From sequence record KM411958.1: DNA of 64,000 nucleotides. One strand, given 5' to 3'. Source of the stretch: Pseudomonas phage RWG. Shown one piece after another: positions 1 through 8,994 of the stretch (position 1 is the stretch's first letter; each line of letters opens with the position of its first letter). Under the pieces are notes generated by a model. It was not told the DNA's origin, did no database searches, and saw nothing but the letters and a program-made list of their open reading frames with translations. The position numbers were made by a program, and so were the translations under genes.

Positions 1-300
1 ATCAATGCCACCAACGTGCGTCAGCTGGAGACTGACCACCTGGAAGCCCTGTGTGAACTATGGGATACCATGCGTGTGCATGAACCCTTCGAACTGGTCA
101 CCGTGCACGATGAGTTCAAGTGCCACCCGAACTTCTGCAACGAGATGCGTCAGCACTACATCAACATCTTCGCCGAACTGGCCGACAGCAACATACTCGA
201 CGATATCGTTCACCAGATCACTGGAAGCCATGTCAGCTACGACCGCTCCATCCACAATCTGTCTGAACTGATCCGTGATAGCGAGTATGCGCTGTCTTGA
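1..300 (+). CDS. 5'-truncated C-terminus of a T7-like single-subunit RNA polymerase (N4 RNAPII large-subunit-like)
   Basis: Frame is open from position 1 with no stop. Motif VTVHDEF lies ~64 aa from the C-terminus, resembling T7 RNAP motif C (IHDSFGT, ~70 aa from the end). Position fits N4-like gene order, with RNAPII genes upstream of the middle genes. Confidence 0.4.
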   Translation: MNATNVRQLETDHLEALCELWDTMRVHEPFELVTVHDEFKCHPNFCNEMRQHYINIFAELADSNILDDIVHQITGSHVSYDRSIHNLSELIRDSEYALS

Positions 301-397
301 GGTGAGTGGGCGTCTTCCAGACGCTCCATGAACCCGAATTTGCCTGATCCCAGAAATGGGATCGGGCGCTTATTTTTTTGAGGGGAGCTTAGAAACC

Positions 398-550
398 ATG
401 AGGAAACACAGACTATGCAAGTACTGTGGTCAGCCAATAGTGCTGGTCCCCAGTGCAGAAGAGAGGGCTAAGAAGTACGGAGAGTCTCCCAAATTCTACC
501 TCAATCTCTTCTATGCCCATGGTGAGTGCATTGTGAAGAACAGAGGTTGA
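398..550 (+). CDS. small Cys/His-containing (zinc-ribbon-like) protein
   Basis: ATG at 398 preceded by GAGGGGAG. Contains CKYCGQ...HGEC. Followed immediately by a terminator hairpin. Confidence 0.4.
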   Translation: MRKHRLCKYCGQPIVLVPSAEERAKKYGESPKFYLNLFYAHGECIVKNRG

Positions 551-576
551 GCGTACTCCGTACGCTTTTTGCATTT
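549..576 (+). terminator. rho-independent terminator, hairpin AGCGTAC-TCC-GTACGCT followed by a T-run
   Basis: Perfect 7-bp stem with a 3-nt loop, then TTTTTGCATTTT. Confidence 0.6.
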
Positions 577-622
577 TCGCTGGTTTTCGGCGAGATCATC
601 AACAGATAGAAGGAGTAACACC

Positions 623-847
623 ATGCGTAAGTCTTACCTGAAATTCCTGGATACCATGGCTTGGATCGTGGCAGTCCTCGTCTTCGTAGTCGTGGCAGTC
701 GCCGCCCTGACAGTCTACAACGGCCTCGTGGCTCTGCTGGTAATGCTGGGCGCTGCTGTAGGCATCGGCATGACCTTCGGGTTCTGGTTCCTGGGTTACG
801 GCATCTACGAGGAACTCCAGAAGCTCAACGCCCGCACCAAGGTGTAA
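623..847 (+). CDS. small membrane protein
   Basis: AAGGAG RBS 8 nt upstream of ATG at 623. Product is highly hydrophobic with two predicted TM helices. Confidence 0.55.
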   Translation: MRKSYLKFLDTMAWIVAVLVFVVVAVAALTVYNGLVALLVMLGAAVGIGMTFGFWFLGYGIYEELQKLNARTKV

Positions 848-850
848 GCC

Positions 851-1477
851 ATGCAGGTCCGTAACTTCACCTACGAGGACGGAGGGTGGGTGCTGGATGG
901 CATGGACACCTTTGATCCTGGCGATTCTCTGACAGTTATCCATGACTCGTTCGAGCACATCGACAGCACCGAGGGCCTTGAAGCTGAGTTGCGGGCCTTC
1001 GGTGCCATGTGGTGGCTCCGTGGTGAGACAGACTGGTGGTGCCGTTTTCCTAGGATGGACCCTCGTCCTGAGCAGGTGATGTACTACGACATCGCCACAT
1101 TCATCAGGGAGAACGACTTCCTCATCGACAACGTAGGAAAGCGGTTCAAGCTGGGCGTGGACGAAGAGAGCTTCCTCGACGTGCTACGCAAGCTTGTCGA
1201 AGATGCCCTGGAGAGAGACAGTCAGTACCTCGACAAACCAGTGGCAAGGAAGGTGATCCAAGAAGCGGCAAGCACCGCTATGGATTGGCTTCGTGTTGGG
1301 TACAGGGCAGCCCGTAGAAAATACCCTAACAACTTCGCAGTTGCTGACCTCATGTACGACATCTATTGCCGTGTCTACGCACTGAACTTCAGGGCGTTGG
1401 AAGGCAGCATGCTGCAACTCAAATACACCCTCAGCGGCAAGTTAGTTGAGATCAGTTTAGATGGAGAACCCGTATGA
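851..1477 (+). CDS. hypothetical protein
   Basis: 208-aa ORF tightly packed with its neighbours. Confidence 0.6.
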   Translation: MQVRNFTYEDGGWVLDGMDTFDPGDSLTVIHDSFEHIDSTEGLEAELRAFGAMWWLRGETDWWCRFPRMDPRPEQVMYYDIATFIRENDFLIDNVGKRFKLGVDEESFLDVLRKLVEDALERDSQYLDKPVARKVIQEAASTAMDWLRVGYRAARRKYPNNFAVADLMYDIYCRVYALNFRALEGSMLQLKYTLSGKLVEISLDGEPV

Positions 1478-2028
1478 TCCCATTCGTTTCCCGCAAGCGT
1501 TTCGACGAAGCCCTGGCTGGTTTGACCAAGCACTACGAAGACAAGGTGCGTCGCAGGGATGAAGTCATCAATGTACAGAACAACAAGTTGCAGGCGGAAC
1601 GCGAAGAGTCTAGTAACTACCGCCGACTCTACGCATATACCCAGAGTGACAATTACCGCCTTCAGAACCAGATCAAGGATCTGAAGAAGGCCGTGGAGGC
1701 CCGCGACAAGAAGATAGCGGAACTGGCCAAGCCATTCCATGGGGAGCCGGACAAGGTTCCCGTACTCGTCGCGGAAGAGACAGTCTTCGAGCCTGTGGAC
1801 ACCGGTCTGGAAAAGCAACTGGCTGAAGCCAAGAAAGAGATCGAGATCCTCAAGGAAAAGGTTCGCAAGCAGCGTCGTAGCGATGCTGAACTGACCATGG
1901 ACACCCTCGTGCATGCTGTCATGCGTGAGTACACCAACTTCCAACGGAGCAACAATCCCCACCTGCTGCTCCGTTCCTGCGAGAACCTGACGAAGGCTCA
2001 TCGTCGTCTGGTGAAGGGTAAACGCTGA
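1474..2028 (+). CDS. hypothetical coiled-coil protein
   Basis: ATGA start/stop overlap with the upstream gene. Product is charged and helical. Confidence 0.6.
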   Translation: MIPFVSRKRFDEALAGLTKHYEDKVRRRDEVINVQNNKLQAEREESSNYRRLYAYTQSDNYRLQNQIKDLKKAVEARDKKIAELAKPFHGEPDKVPVLVAEETVFEPVDTGLEKQLAEAKKEIEILKEKVRKQRRSDAELTMDTLVHAVMREYTNFQRSNNPHLLLRSCENLTKAHRRLVKGKR

Positions 2029-2609
2029 TGGATACGATCACATGGTTTCGTCGTGGTGAACCCATCGAAGTCCCAATCGGCCGCTGTCTGTACTTCCTGG
2101 CTGACGGCAAGCTGGTGCAGTTCATGTATCACGATGAACGGGGACTGACTCAGCTTGCACATGTCACCGGCCTTTCTGTAGGCAAGATCTACAGTGCCCT
2201 TAAAGGGAAGTTCGTGTACGTCCGTCATGGCTTCATCGTTAAGAACGAGCGGGTTGGTATCAGCCTAGGCCATGGAAAGGACTTCCGGCGTCCTGTGTGC
2301 GTTTACGTGAAGGGTTTCGAACACATACGGGGTTCGTTGACTGTCGGTGCCCAGGAACTCATCACCGCCCAGCTGCTGGGGGACCACGTGAAGCTCTGCA
2401 CCAAGCAGAACATCGGCGGCACCCTGGTAATGCTTCCAGGGGAGCCGGGTGAACGTGTCAGGAAGAAGGTTGTAATCGAAGAGATCGGTACCGCCATCCA
2501 CCGCAACTGGTGTGGCAATGCCTGCTTCGAGATCGCTGTTATCGACAAGCATGGCCGCCGCTACACCGAACTGAACGACCATTTCCAACTCTACGGGGTG
2601 AACAAGTGA
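2028..2609 (+). CDS. hypothetical protein
   Basis: TGATG overlap with the upstream gene. 193 aa. Confidence 0.6.
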   Translation: MDTITWFRRGEPIEVPIGRCLYFLADGKLVQFMYHDERGLTQLAHVTGLSVGKIYSALKGKFVYVRHGFIVKNERVGISLGHGKDFRRPVCVYVKGFEHIRGSLTVGAQELITAQLLGDHVKLCTKQNIGGTLVMLPGEPGERVRKKVVIEEIGTAIHRNWCGNACFEIAVIDKHGRRYTELNDHFQLYGVNK

Positions 2610-3130
2610 TGATGATGATGAGCGAAGACAAGTTCCAATACGAGATCTCTGCCATGAAGAGCAAGATGCAGCGATTGCGTCGTCGGGTAGAAGTTCTCAA
2701 CAACAAGCGAGATATCCTCCTCGAAGATATCGATGCAACCAACAAGATGGTGGAAAACCTCAGCGGTCAGGTTGAAACGCTGTTACGGGAAGCCAACAAG
2801 GTCAAGGGTCCGGTCATGCAACCGGGTCGTCTACACCAGAGCGACGTACTGCTCACCGGCCAGAACATCCAGGGTATGATGGACTCTGGGGAAGCTGTCG
2901 CCCAATTCGAGGTGAAGAAGGGAGACGACCAGACCACCACCATCCTGAAAGATGCGGTGGTCACCCAGATGAGCAACAAGCTGGCTGAACTACTGGATGC
3001 CATCGGCTTCGGCAAGGAGCATGTTCAGAAGCATGGCCTGGACGAAACTGTCTACGATGCGTGCTTGTACATCCAGTCCCTGAAGGGCGGCGAGGCACTG
3101 CTGAACAATCTGCGTTCGATGCTGAAGTGA
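2609..3130 (+). CDS. hypothetical protein
   Basis: Start MMMMSEDKF placed just after the upstream stop. The upstream part of the tracked ORF overlaps the previous gene and was discarded. Confidence 0.55.
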   Translation: MMMMSEDKFQYEISAMKSKMQRLRRRVEVLNNKRDILLEDIDATNKMVENLSGQVETLLREANKVKGPVMQPGRLHQSDVLLTGQNIQGMMDSGEAVAQFEVKKGDDQTTTILKDAVVTQMSNKLAELLDAIGFGKEHVQKHGLDETVYDACLYIQSLKGGEALLNNLRSMLK

Positions 3131-3351
3131 TCAGCGACAAGCTCCGCAAAGAATTCGAAGAAGAGTACCGCCACTGTGTGTGGTCCTTCGCCGGGGTAGT
3201 CATCACCCAGGAAGAACTGGCGAGTAAGCGTAGTCGTCTCGGAGACTACGCTGACAACCCTTTGATTCATGGGTTCTTCCGAGGCTGGCTGGCAGGCCGC
3301 TTCGGTATAGAAGGGATGATGTACCTCACAGGTGAACAGGCTATTCATTAG
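3127..3351 (+). CDS. hypothetical protein (GTG start overlapping the upstream stop)
   Basis: GTGA overlap at 3127-3130. No internal ATG. Followed by a terminator. Confidence 0.45.
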   Translation: MISDKLRKEFEEEYRHCVWSFAGVVITQEELASKRSRLGDYADNPLIHGFFRGWLAGRFGIEGMMYLTGEQAIH

Positions 3352-3392
3352 CGTACTCCGTACGCTCTTGTCCTGTTTATTCTTTCTTTCAT
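3352..3392 (+). terminator. second copy of the AGCGTAC-TCC-GTACGCT hairpin plus T-rich tract
   Basis: 17-nt perfect hairpin identical to 549-565, followed by CTTGTCCTGTTTATTCTTTCTTTC. Confidence 0.55.
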
Positions 3393-3594
3393 TGGTTTAG
3401 GAGCAAGTGCCATGCATTAGCGTTGATCATTTAACTAACTCCCTGCGCATAGCGTCGCATAAGGCGAGACAGTCTAAGTGGACTATTAGTACATAAAGAG
3501 AATGCCGAGTTTCCAAACTGCACAGGATGCAGTCCCTGAGTAACTGTCGGCATTCTACTGTGTGTATTAAACCAAGAATTAAATAGGAGAAGCT

Positions 3595-3780
3595 ATGCAG
3601 TTCAGCGATCTCAGTCCGGTGGAACAAGCACTCTACCCAACCCACAGTTCCTTAAAAGAAGCCCTCGAAGAGGCAAGGCATCTGCTTCCCGAGGGCAGTC
3701 ATCATGACTTCATGCGAGCCATGATGGGTTACCACAACACCCTACTCCTATTCGTAGGGGAATGGACTCCATCCACCTAG
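3595..3780 (+). CDS. hypothetical small protein
   Basis: GGAG RBS. 61 aa. Sits after a ~240-bp non-coding region. Confidence 0.4.
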   Translation: MQFSDLSPVEQALYPTHSSLKEALEEARHLLPEGSHHDFMRAMMGYHNTLLLFVGEWTPST

Positions 3781-3807
3781 TAGTTTAAGTCTACAGGAGA
3801 CTACTCA

Positions 3808-4641
3808 GTGTCCCAAGCCAATAAGAAAACTATCGAGCGGATTGGTAAGATCCTGCTCATCTTCAAAGCGTCCGAAGGGGAGATCCGTCCCCACTTCTGG
3901 CTGACCGGCCCTTCTGGTTCGGGCAAGTCCTTCAACATCATGGACCAGTGCAATCGCCTGGACATCATGCTGCCTATGACCGAGGTTAACTGTGCCTCGC
4001 TGACCAAGGAAGGCTACTCCGGCCTCAGCTTGAGCAAGGCACTGGCCCCTCTGGCTACCCTCAGTAACGTCCCCAACGTGGTCTTCTGCGACGAGATGGA
4101 TAAGCTGTTCCTCTCTGGCAATTCCAACGACAGCCACGCCAACGAGATCAGCATCGGCGTCCAGAACGAGTTCCTGCGAGTGCTGGAAGGTAGTACTACT
4201 CAGACCTTCGGCGACTACGGCAAGTACAACACCGTCAGCGTCGAGCGTTCCCTGTTCATCTTCGCCGGTGCCTTCAATGGCCAGGAGAACATGGACGCCA
4301 CCGAACTGCTGAAGTGCGGCGTCAAGACCGAGTTCATCGGTCGCACTGGCTTGGTCTACAACCTGGAGAAACCGACCATGGAAGCCTTGGTCCAGTACCT
4401 CAAGGAATCGGAACTGTGGGCGAACTACCGCTCGCTGTTCCCGAAAGAAGACCACAAGAAAGCCGAGAAATGGCTGATCAAGGAGATCGGACGCCAGTAT
4501 CCCGATAGCAACATCGGGGTGCGGTTGATCAACACCTTGATCCACCAGTACTACATCAACGCCGGCGAAGACTCCAAGCCTCAAGCAGGCAAGAAGGAAT
4601 TCGCCCGAACCCTCGACTTCAGCACTGGGAGGCTGAAATGA
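3808..4641 (+). CDS. ClpX/HslU-like AAA+ ATPase (single AAA module)
   Basis: Walker A GPSGSGKS. Walker B VVFCDEMDKL. The following segment ISIGVQNEFLRVLEGS matches ClpX GEGVQQALLKLIEGT. GTG start at 3808 with a CAGGAGAC RBS. Confidence 0.6.
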   Translation: MSQANKKTIERIGKILLIFKASEGEIRPHFWLTGPSGSGKSFNIMDQCNRLDIMLPMTEVNCASLTKEGYSGLSLSKALAPLATLSNVPNVVFCDEMDKLFLSGNSNDSHANEISIGVQNEFLRVLEGSTTQTFGDYGKYNTVSVERSLFIFAGAFNGQENMDATELLKCGVKTEFIGRTGLVYNLEKPTMEALVQYLKESELWANYRSLFPKEDHKKAEKWLIKEIGRQYPDSNIGVRLINTLIHQYYINAGEDSKPQAGKKEFARTLDFSTGRLK

Positions 4642-4880
4642 GCAAGTTGCAAGAACTACCTGTACTGATCGACCGTCCTGGGAACTACGTCACTCGTGAC
4701 GGTTCCCGCGTGGTGATCTTCACTGTCACCGAGCGTCCTGAAGGCTACTCCATGCTGACCTTCGACGCTCGTGGAAGCTACACCAGGGTCAACAACACCG
4801 CGAAGCCCGAATGCTGGCACATCAGCGGTCGGCTGCACGCTTTCCGGGAGCACCCGAAAGACGTAGTGGCCAAGGCTTAA
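4638..4880 (+). CDS. hypothetical protein
   Basis: ATGA overlap with the upstream gene. 80 aa. Confidence 0.5.
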   Translation: MSKLQELPVLIDRPGNYVTRDGSRVVIFTVTERPEGYSMLTFDARGSYTRVNNTAKPECWHISGRLHAFREHPKDVVAKA

Positions 4881-4911
4881 ACCAATCAAATCAATCGTTT
4901 AGGAGTTCACC

Positions 4912-5982
4912 ATGCACTTCCCCCAGGAACAAGAAGTATCCATTTTCGATGCCAAGTTCATTGCCGAAGGTTTCCTGCGTGCCGGCCTGAAGCCGATGAT
5001 CCACGGTTCGCCGGGCATCGGTAAGTCGGCAGTGGCCCGTCAGATCGCCAAGGAAAACAACCTGAAGCTGATCGACCTTCGTCTCACCCAGATGGACCCG
5101 GCTGACCTCAATGGTTTGCCGAACCTCTCCGGCAAGCGTGCCAAGTTCCAGGTATTCGAGCAGTTCCCACTGGTCGGCGACGAGCTTCCCGTCAATCCCG
5201 AAACCAACGAACCCTTCGCTGGTTGGTTGCTGTTCCTCGACGAACTGACCAGTGCGGATGACGACCGTCAAGCGGCGGCCTACAAGCTGATCCTGGATCG
5301 CCAGATCGGCAACGAGGATCTCCATCCGAAGTGCCTGGTCATGGGTGCCGGTAACCTCGAAACCGACGGTGCCATCGTCAACCCGATGTCATCGGCCCTC
5401 ATCAGTCGTCTGCACCACATCGTGGTTCGGAATGACCTGAAGCGTTGGCTTCAAGTCGTGGCTCCCAAGCTGGACATCGCCACCAAGGTACAAGCATTCC
5501 TGGAGTTCAGTCCCCGTGCGTTCTACACCTTCGATCCGCAGAACAGCGGTCGTGTCTATGCGTGTCCTCGTACCTGGGAAGACTTCTCGAAGTGGTTCCT
5601 GAAGATGTCCCCGGAGCAAGACCCTCGTGCCCTGGACGACATGCTGAACCTCGCTGCTGCCATGGGCATCATTGGTACCGTGGCCACTGACTTCAAGGCG
5701 TTCCTGGCCTACTTCGGTCGCCTGCCGAGCCTGGAAGAGATCCTGACTTCCCCGAGCACGATCTACGTGCCGAAGGATGAGCCGGGTCTGATGTTCGCCA
5801 TGTGTTCGATGCTGGCGGATAACGCCAAGGTGGACAACATCGAGAAGATCCTGATCTTCCTCGACCGGTTCAACCCGGACCACATGGTGATCACTCTGCG
5901 TATGGCTTGCCAGCGTAACAAGAGTCTGATTCAGAACCCGCGTATTTCGGAGTGGGTGAAGAAGAACCTGAACATGTTCTAA
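4912..5982 (+). CDS. MoxR-like AAA+ ATPase (AAA_5 family)
   Basis: Walker A MIHGSPGIGKSAV. Walker B LLFLDELT. Size and downstream VWA partner are typical of MoxR/CobS-type ATPases. Confidence 0.7.
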   Translation: MHFPQEQEVSIFDAKFIAEGFLRAGLKPMIHGSPGIGKSAVARQIAKENNLKLIDLRLTQMDPADLNGLPNLSGKRAKFQVFEQFPLVGDELPVNPETNEPFAGWLLFLDELTSADDDRQAAAYKLILDRQIGNEDLHPKCLVMGAGNLETDGAIVNPMSSALISRLHHIVVRNDLKRWLQVVAPKLDIATKVQAFLEFSPRAFYTFDPQNSGRVYACPRTWEDFSKWFLKMSPEQDPRALDDMLNLAAAMGIIGTVATDFKAFLAYFGRLPSLEEILTSPSTIYVPKDEPGLMFAMCSMLADNAKVDNIEKILIFLDRFNPDHMVITLRMACQRNKSLIQNPRISEWVKKNLNMF

Positions 5983-5993
5983 AGGAGAATCCA

Positions 5994-6512
5994 GTGAGTG
6001 GTCGATGGGAACTTTTTATGGTTCGTCAAGAAGACCTCACAGGTCAAGCAATAGTTGACGAGTATGCAAACAGCGACTCCCCCAATCGACTACTCACTGG
6101 AGATTTCGAAGGCTGGAGAGTTAGCATCTATGAAAAAGGTATCCAGAAAGGGATCAAGTTCGGTACTAAATCAGTACTAGAAAAACTAGCATCTGAATTT
6201 TGTCCGTACGTAGTTACCGTTAAGCCCCCAGACGGCTCATATGTAACACCTGGTCTTTATGTGGGTCACTGCCGTAATAGTGAAAGCCAATACAACCAGA
6301 GTTACTCTCGACTAGGTGGTACCGCAGCTTCAATTAATGAAGTGGTGGAGCTAATAAGAATAACCAATCCACTAAATGGTCACTGGATTTTTGATGAAGA
6401 AGAAGTTTTCGTGGCCCAGTCTCTGGCTGTTCCTTCCTTAATACCTGAAACCCACAATCAAGTTGAGTGGTGCAAATTCGCTAAGGCGATGGCCATCATC
6501 GGAGGTGAGTAA
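5994..6512 (+). CDS. hypothetical protein encoded by a compositionally atypical (low-GC) gene
   Basis: GTG at 5994 after AAGGAG. The ~520-bp segment is visibly AT-rich and uses A/T-ending codons, unlike the flanking genes. Confidence 0.5.
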   Translation: MSGRWELFMVRQEDLTGQAIVDEYANSDSPNRLLTGDFEGWRVSIYEKGIQKGIKFGTKSVLEKLASEFCPYVVTVKPPDGSYVTPGLYVGHCRNSESQYNQSYSRLGGTAASINEVVELIRITNPLNGHWIFDEEEVFVAQSLAVPSLIPETHNQVEWCKFAKAMAIIGGE

Positions 6513-7738
6513 TGACTGATCGTTCTGCTGAAGACATCGCCCTTTCCAAGGCGAAGATTCGCATCATCGGAGACTCCAAGGTGAGTTTCTACGCCAACAT
6601 CATGATGGGTCTGAAGTACGTGTGGGAAGAGGGCATGGGCACTGCTGCCATCGACGGCATCACCATGTTCATCGACCCCAAGTTCTTCATGTCCCTGGAC
6701 GAGATGAGCCGCAAGACCGTGATTCTCCATGAGATCGAACACGTCTGGCGGCATCACATCGGTAAGGTCCGTATGGGTGACCGTGACCACATGCTGTACA
6801 ACATTGCAGGGGACCACGTGATCAACAACAACCTCTTGGCTTGTGGCTATGGCCCCATCTCCTGGACCGACTACAAGACCGGTGCCAAGTGCAACTGGGT
6901 ATGCGATCCGAAGTTTGCCGACATGTCCACCGAGGAAGTCTACGATGCCCTGTACCAGGAACAGAAGTCGCAGAGCGGCGGCGGATCCGTTGCACCAGAC
7001 CAGGGCAACAGCGGTAACAACCCGGTACCGTTCGATGACATTTCCCGGCCTGTACCGACCAAGGACGATGGTACCCCCATGTCCGAGACGGAGATCCAGG
7101 GAGCCATCAACGATCTGATCCTCAGTGCTGCTACTGCTGCTCGTGCCAATGGCAACCCTGGGTCCATCCCAGGGGAGGTGCAGGTGTTCATCGACAGCCT
7201 GATGTTCCCCAAGCTGCCCCTGCCTCACCTCCTGCGTCAGTTCTTCCAGGTGGTAAAGCGTGGTGGCTTCACCTGGGCACGTCCCAATCGCCGGCTGATC
7301 AACAGGTACTACCTGCCCTCACGTCGCGGTAAGGCACTCCTGCGGATTGCCATCGCAATGGACCTGTCGGCATCGGTCAGCAACGAAGAGATCCGCCGCT
7401 ACATGTCGGAGATCGCCAACATCTTCGTCACGCTGAAACCAACACAGCTGGATATCATCCAGTTCGACGCTTCCATCCGTTCGGTGGATACGGTCCCCAA
7501 CCTCAATGCCCTCATGAACATGGAGTTGAAGGGCCGGGGTGGTACCTGCATTGCCCCTGTGATGCAGTGGGCCGCAGAGAACAAACCTCACGCATTGGTG
7601 GTGTTCTCTGATGGGGAGTTCCACCACTACAACGACAACCCAGGAGTACCGATTCTATGGTTGATTCACCCGTACAGCAGGAAATCGAACTGGAAAGCCC
7701 CGTACGGGCAAGTGATCCTGTTCGATCCGAAGGAGTAG
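6512..7738 (+). CDS. DUF2201-like protein: N-terminal HExxH metallopeptidase-like domain plus C-terminal VWA domain (MoxR partner)
   Basis: ILHEIEHVWRHH contains an HExxH motif. IAIAMDLSASVS matches the DxSxS MIDAS motif. Architecture matches VWA partners of MoxR ATPases. Confidence 0.65.
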   Translation: MTDRSAEDIALSKAKIRIIGDSKVSFYANIMMGLKYVWEEGMGTAAIDGITMFIDPKFFMSLDEMSRKTVILHEIEHVWRHHIGKVRMGDRDHMLYNIAGDHVINNNLLACGYGPISWTDYKTGAKCNWVCDPKFADMSTEEVYDALYQEQKSQSGGGSVAPDQGNSGNNPVPFDDISRPVPTKDDGTPMSETEIQGAINDLILSAATAARANGNPGSIPGEVQVFIDSLMFPKLPLPHLLRQFFQVVKRGGFTWARPNRRLINRYYLPSRRGKALLRIAIAMDLSASVSNEEIRRYMSEIANIFVTLKPTQLDIIQFDASIRSVDTVPNLNALMNMELKGRGGTCIAPVMQWAAENKPHALVVFSDGEFHHYNDNPGVPILWLIHPYSRKSNWKAPYGQVILFDPKE

Positions 7739-8994
7739 ACAAGCCTGCTCCCTTCGTACTGACGCCCGGCCAGGAAGCCGGGTTTCAGACCTTCATCAAC
7801 TTCTACTCCAACCCCGATGCCCAGGTAATGGTCCTCAAGGGCTGGTCAGGAACTGGCAAGTCCACTCTGATTCGTCGAATCCTCGACGAGATGGAGACTC
7901 TGGATCGCGCCCTGTCTACCCTGGACGACAACTTCGAGCCGTTCGAACCCCTGCTGACAGCCACCACAAACCAAGCATGTGATGCTCTGGCGGTGGCCAT
8001 GAAGGAGTTCAACCACGAGGTCAAGACCATCCACCGGGCATTGGGCCTTCGTCTCCGCACCGACTACAAGACGGGCAAGAGCGAACTGATGCCCATCCGC
8101 AACTTCGACATCCCTTTCCGCTGCCTGATCGTGGTTGACGAAGCCAGCTACATCGACCCTGCTCTGCTCCAGTTCTGCTTCGACCGGACGGACTGCTGCA
8201 AATTCATCTTCGTCGGCGACGACTGCCAGCTGACTCCGGTCGGTACCAACATCATGCCTGCCTTCGCCATGAAGGACATTGTGGTGGAACTTACCGAGGT
8301 CAAGCGGCAGAACAGTGGTCCCCTGTTGGACCTCTGCAACGCTTTCCGCCACACGGTGAAGACGGGTGAGTGGCCGAAGATCCAGTTGGACGGTGACCAG
8401 CTGATCCATGTACAACGGGACAAGTTCGTAGAGATGGCGGAAGAAGCCTTCCAGAACCCCCAGGTGCACGGCAGCACCAAGGTATTGGCTTACACCAATG
8501 CCTGTGTGACCGAGTACAACAAGCACTTCTCCCAACTGCTGCTTGGCTCCAGCGATCCGCAGGTAGGTCAGAAGATGCTGGTGAACGAAGCCGTCATCAA
8601 CAAGCATGCCCAGCTGTCCAACGGATCCGAGGTGGTGATCGAAGACATTCGGCCAACCAGAGAGTTTGACGTGGACGGCTACCTCGTGAAGCTGATGCAC
8701 CACAACAGCAGCTTCTTCCTGCCCAAGTCCCTCAAGGACCGCAAGGACCGGGAGAAGCTGGCTCGGAAAGAGGAGGATTACAAGATCCTCCAGCTGATCG
8801 ACCAGAACTGGGTAGACCTACGGCCTGCCTTCTCATGCACCGTGAACAAGTCGCAGGGCTCCACCTACGATACGGTGTTCATCGACCTGGACAACATCTG
8901 TGGCAAGGTACACCGCCCGAATGCACTGGCACGCCTTCTTTACGTTGGCTTCAGCCGAGCACGTAGACGGGTGGTCATGACAGGAGACATGTGA
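7657..8994 (+). CDS. SF1 DNA helicase (Dda/RecD-like)
   Basis: LTPGQEAGFQTFINF resembles the T4 Dda N-terminus. Walker A GWSGTGKST. Walker B IVVDEASY. Also FVGDDCQLTPV and NKSQGSTYDTVFIDL. The start overlaps the upstream gene by ~80 nt and is uncertain. Confidence 0.75.
   Translation: MVDSPVQQEIELESPVRASDPVRSEGVDKPAPFVLTPGQEAGFQTFINFYSNPDAQVMVLKGWSGTGKSTLIRRILDEMETLDRALSTLDDNFEPFEPLLTATTNQACDALAVAMKEFNHEVKTIHRALGLRLRTDYKTGKSELMPIRNFDIPFRCLIVVDEASYIDPALLQFCFDRTDCCKFIFVGDDCQLTPVGTNIMPAFAMKDIVVELTEVKRQNSGPLLDLCNAFRHTVKTGEWPKIQLDGDQLIHVQRDKFVEMAEEAFQNPQVHGSTKVLAYTNACVTEYNKHFSQLLLGSSDPQVGQKMLVNEAVINKHAQLSNGSEVVIEDIRPTREFDVDGYLVKLMHHNSSFFLPKSLKDRKDREKLARKEEDYKILQLIDQNWVDLRPAFSCTVNKSQGSTYDTVFIDLDNICGKVHRPNALARLLYVGFSRARRRVVMTGDM

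Noticed and set aside
569-622. TTG start at 569 extending the membrane-protein ORF upstream
   Set aside because: The extension lies inside the terminator T-run. ATG at 623 has a canonical AAGGAG RBS at the right spacing.
3805-8703. Minus-strand ORFs (259 aa at 3805-4584 and 285 aa at 7846-8703) opposite the ClpX-like ATPase and the helicase
   Set aside because: These are antisense read-through frames with no start signals. The sense frames carry Walker and helicase motifs.
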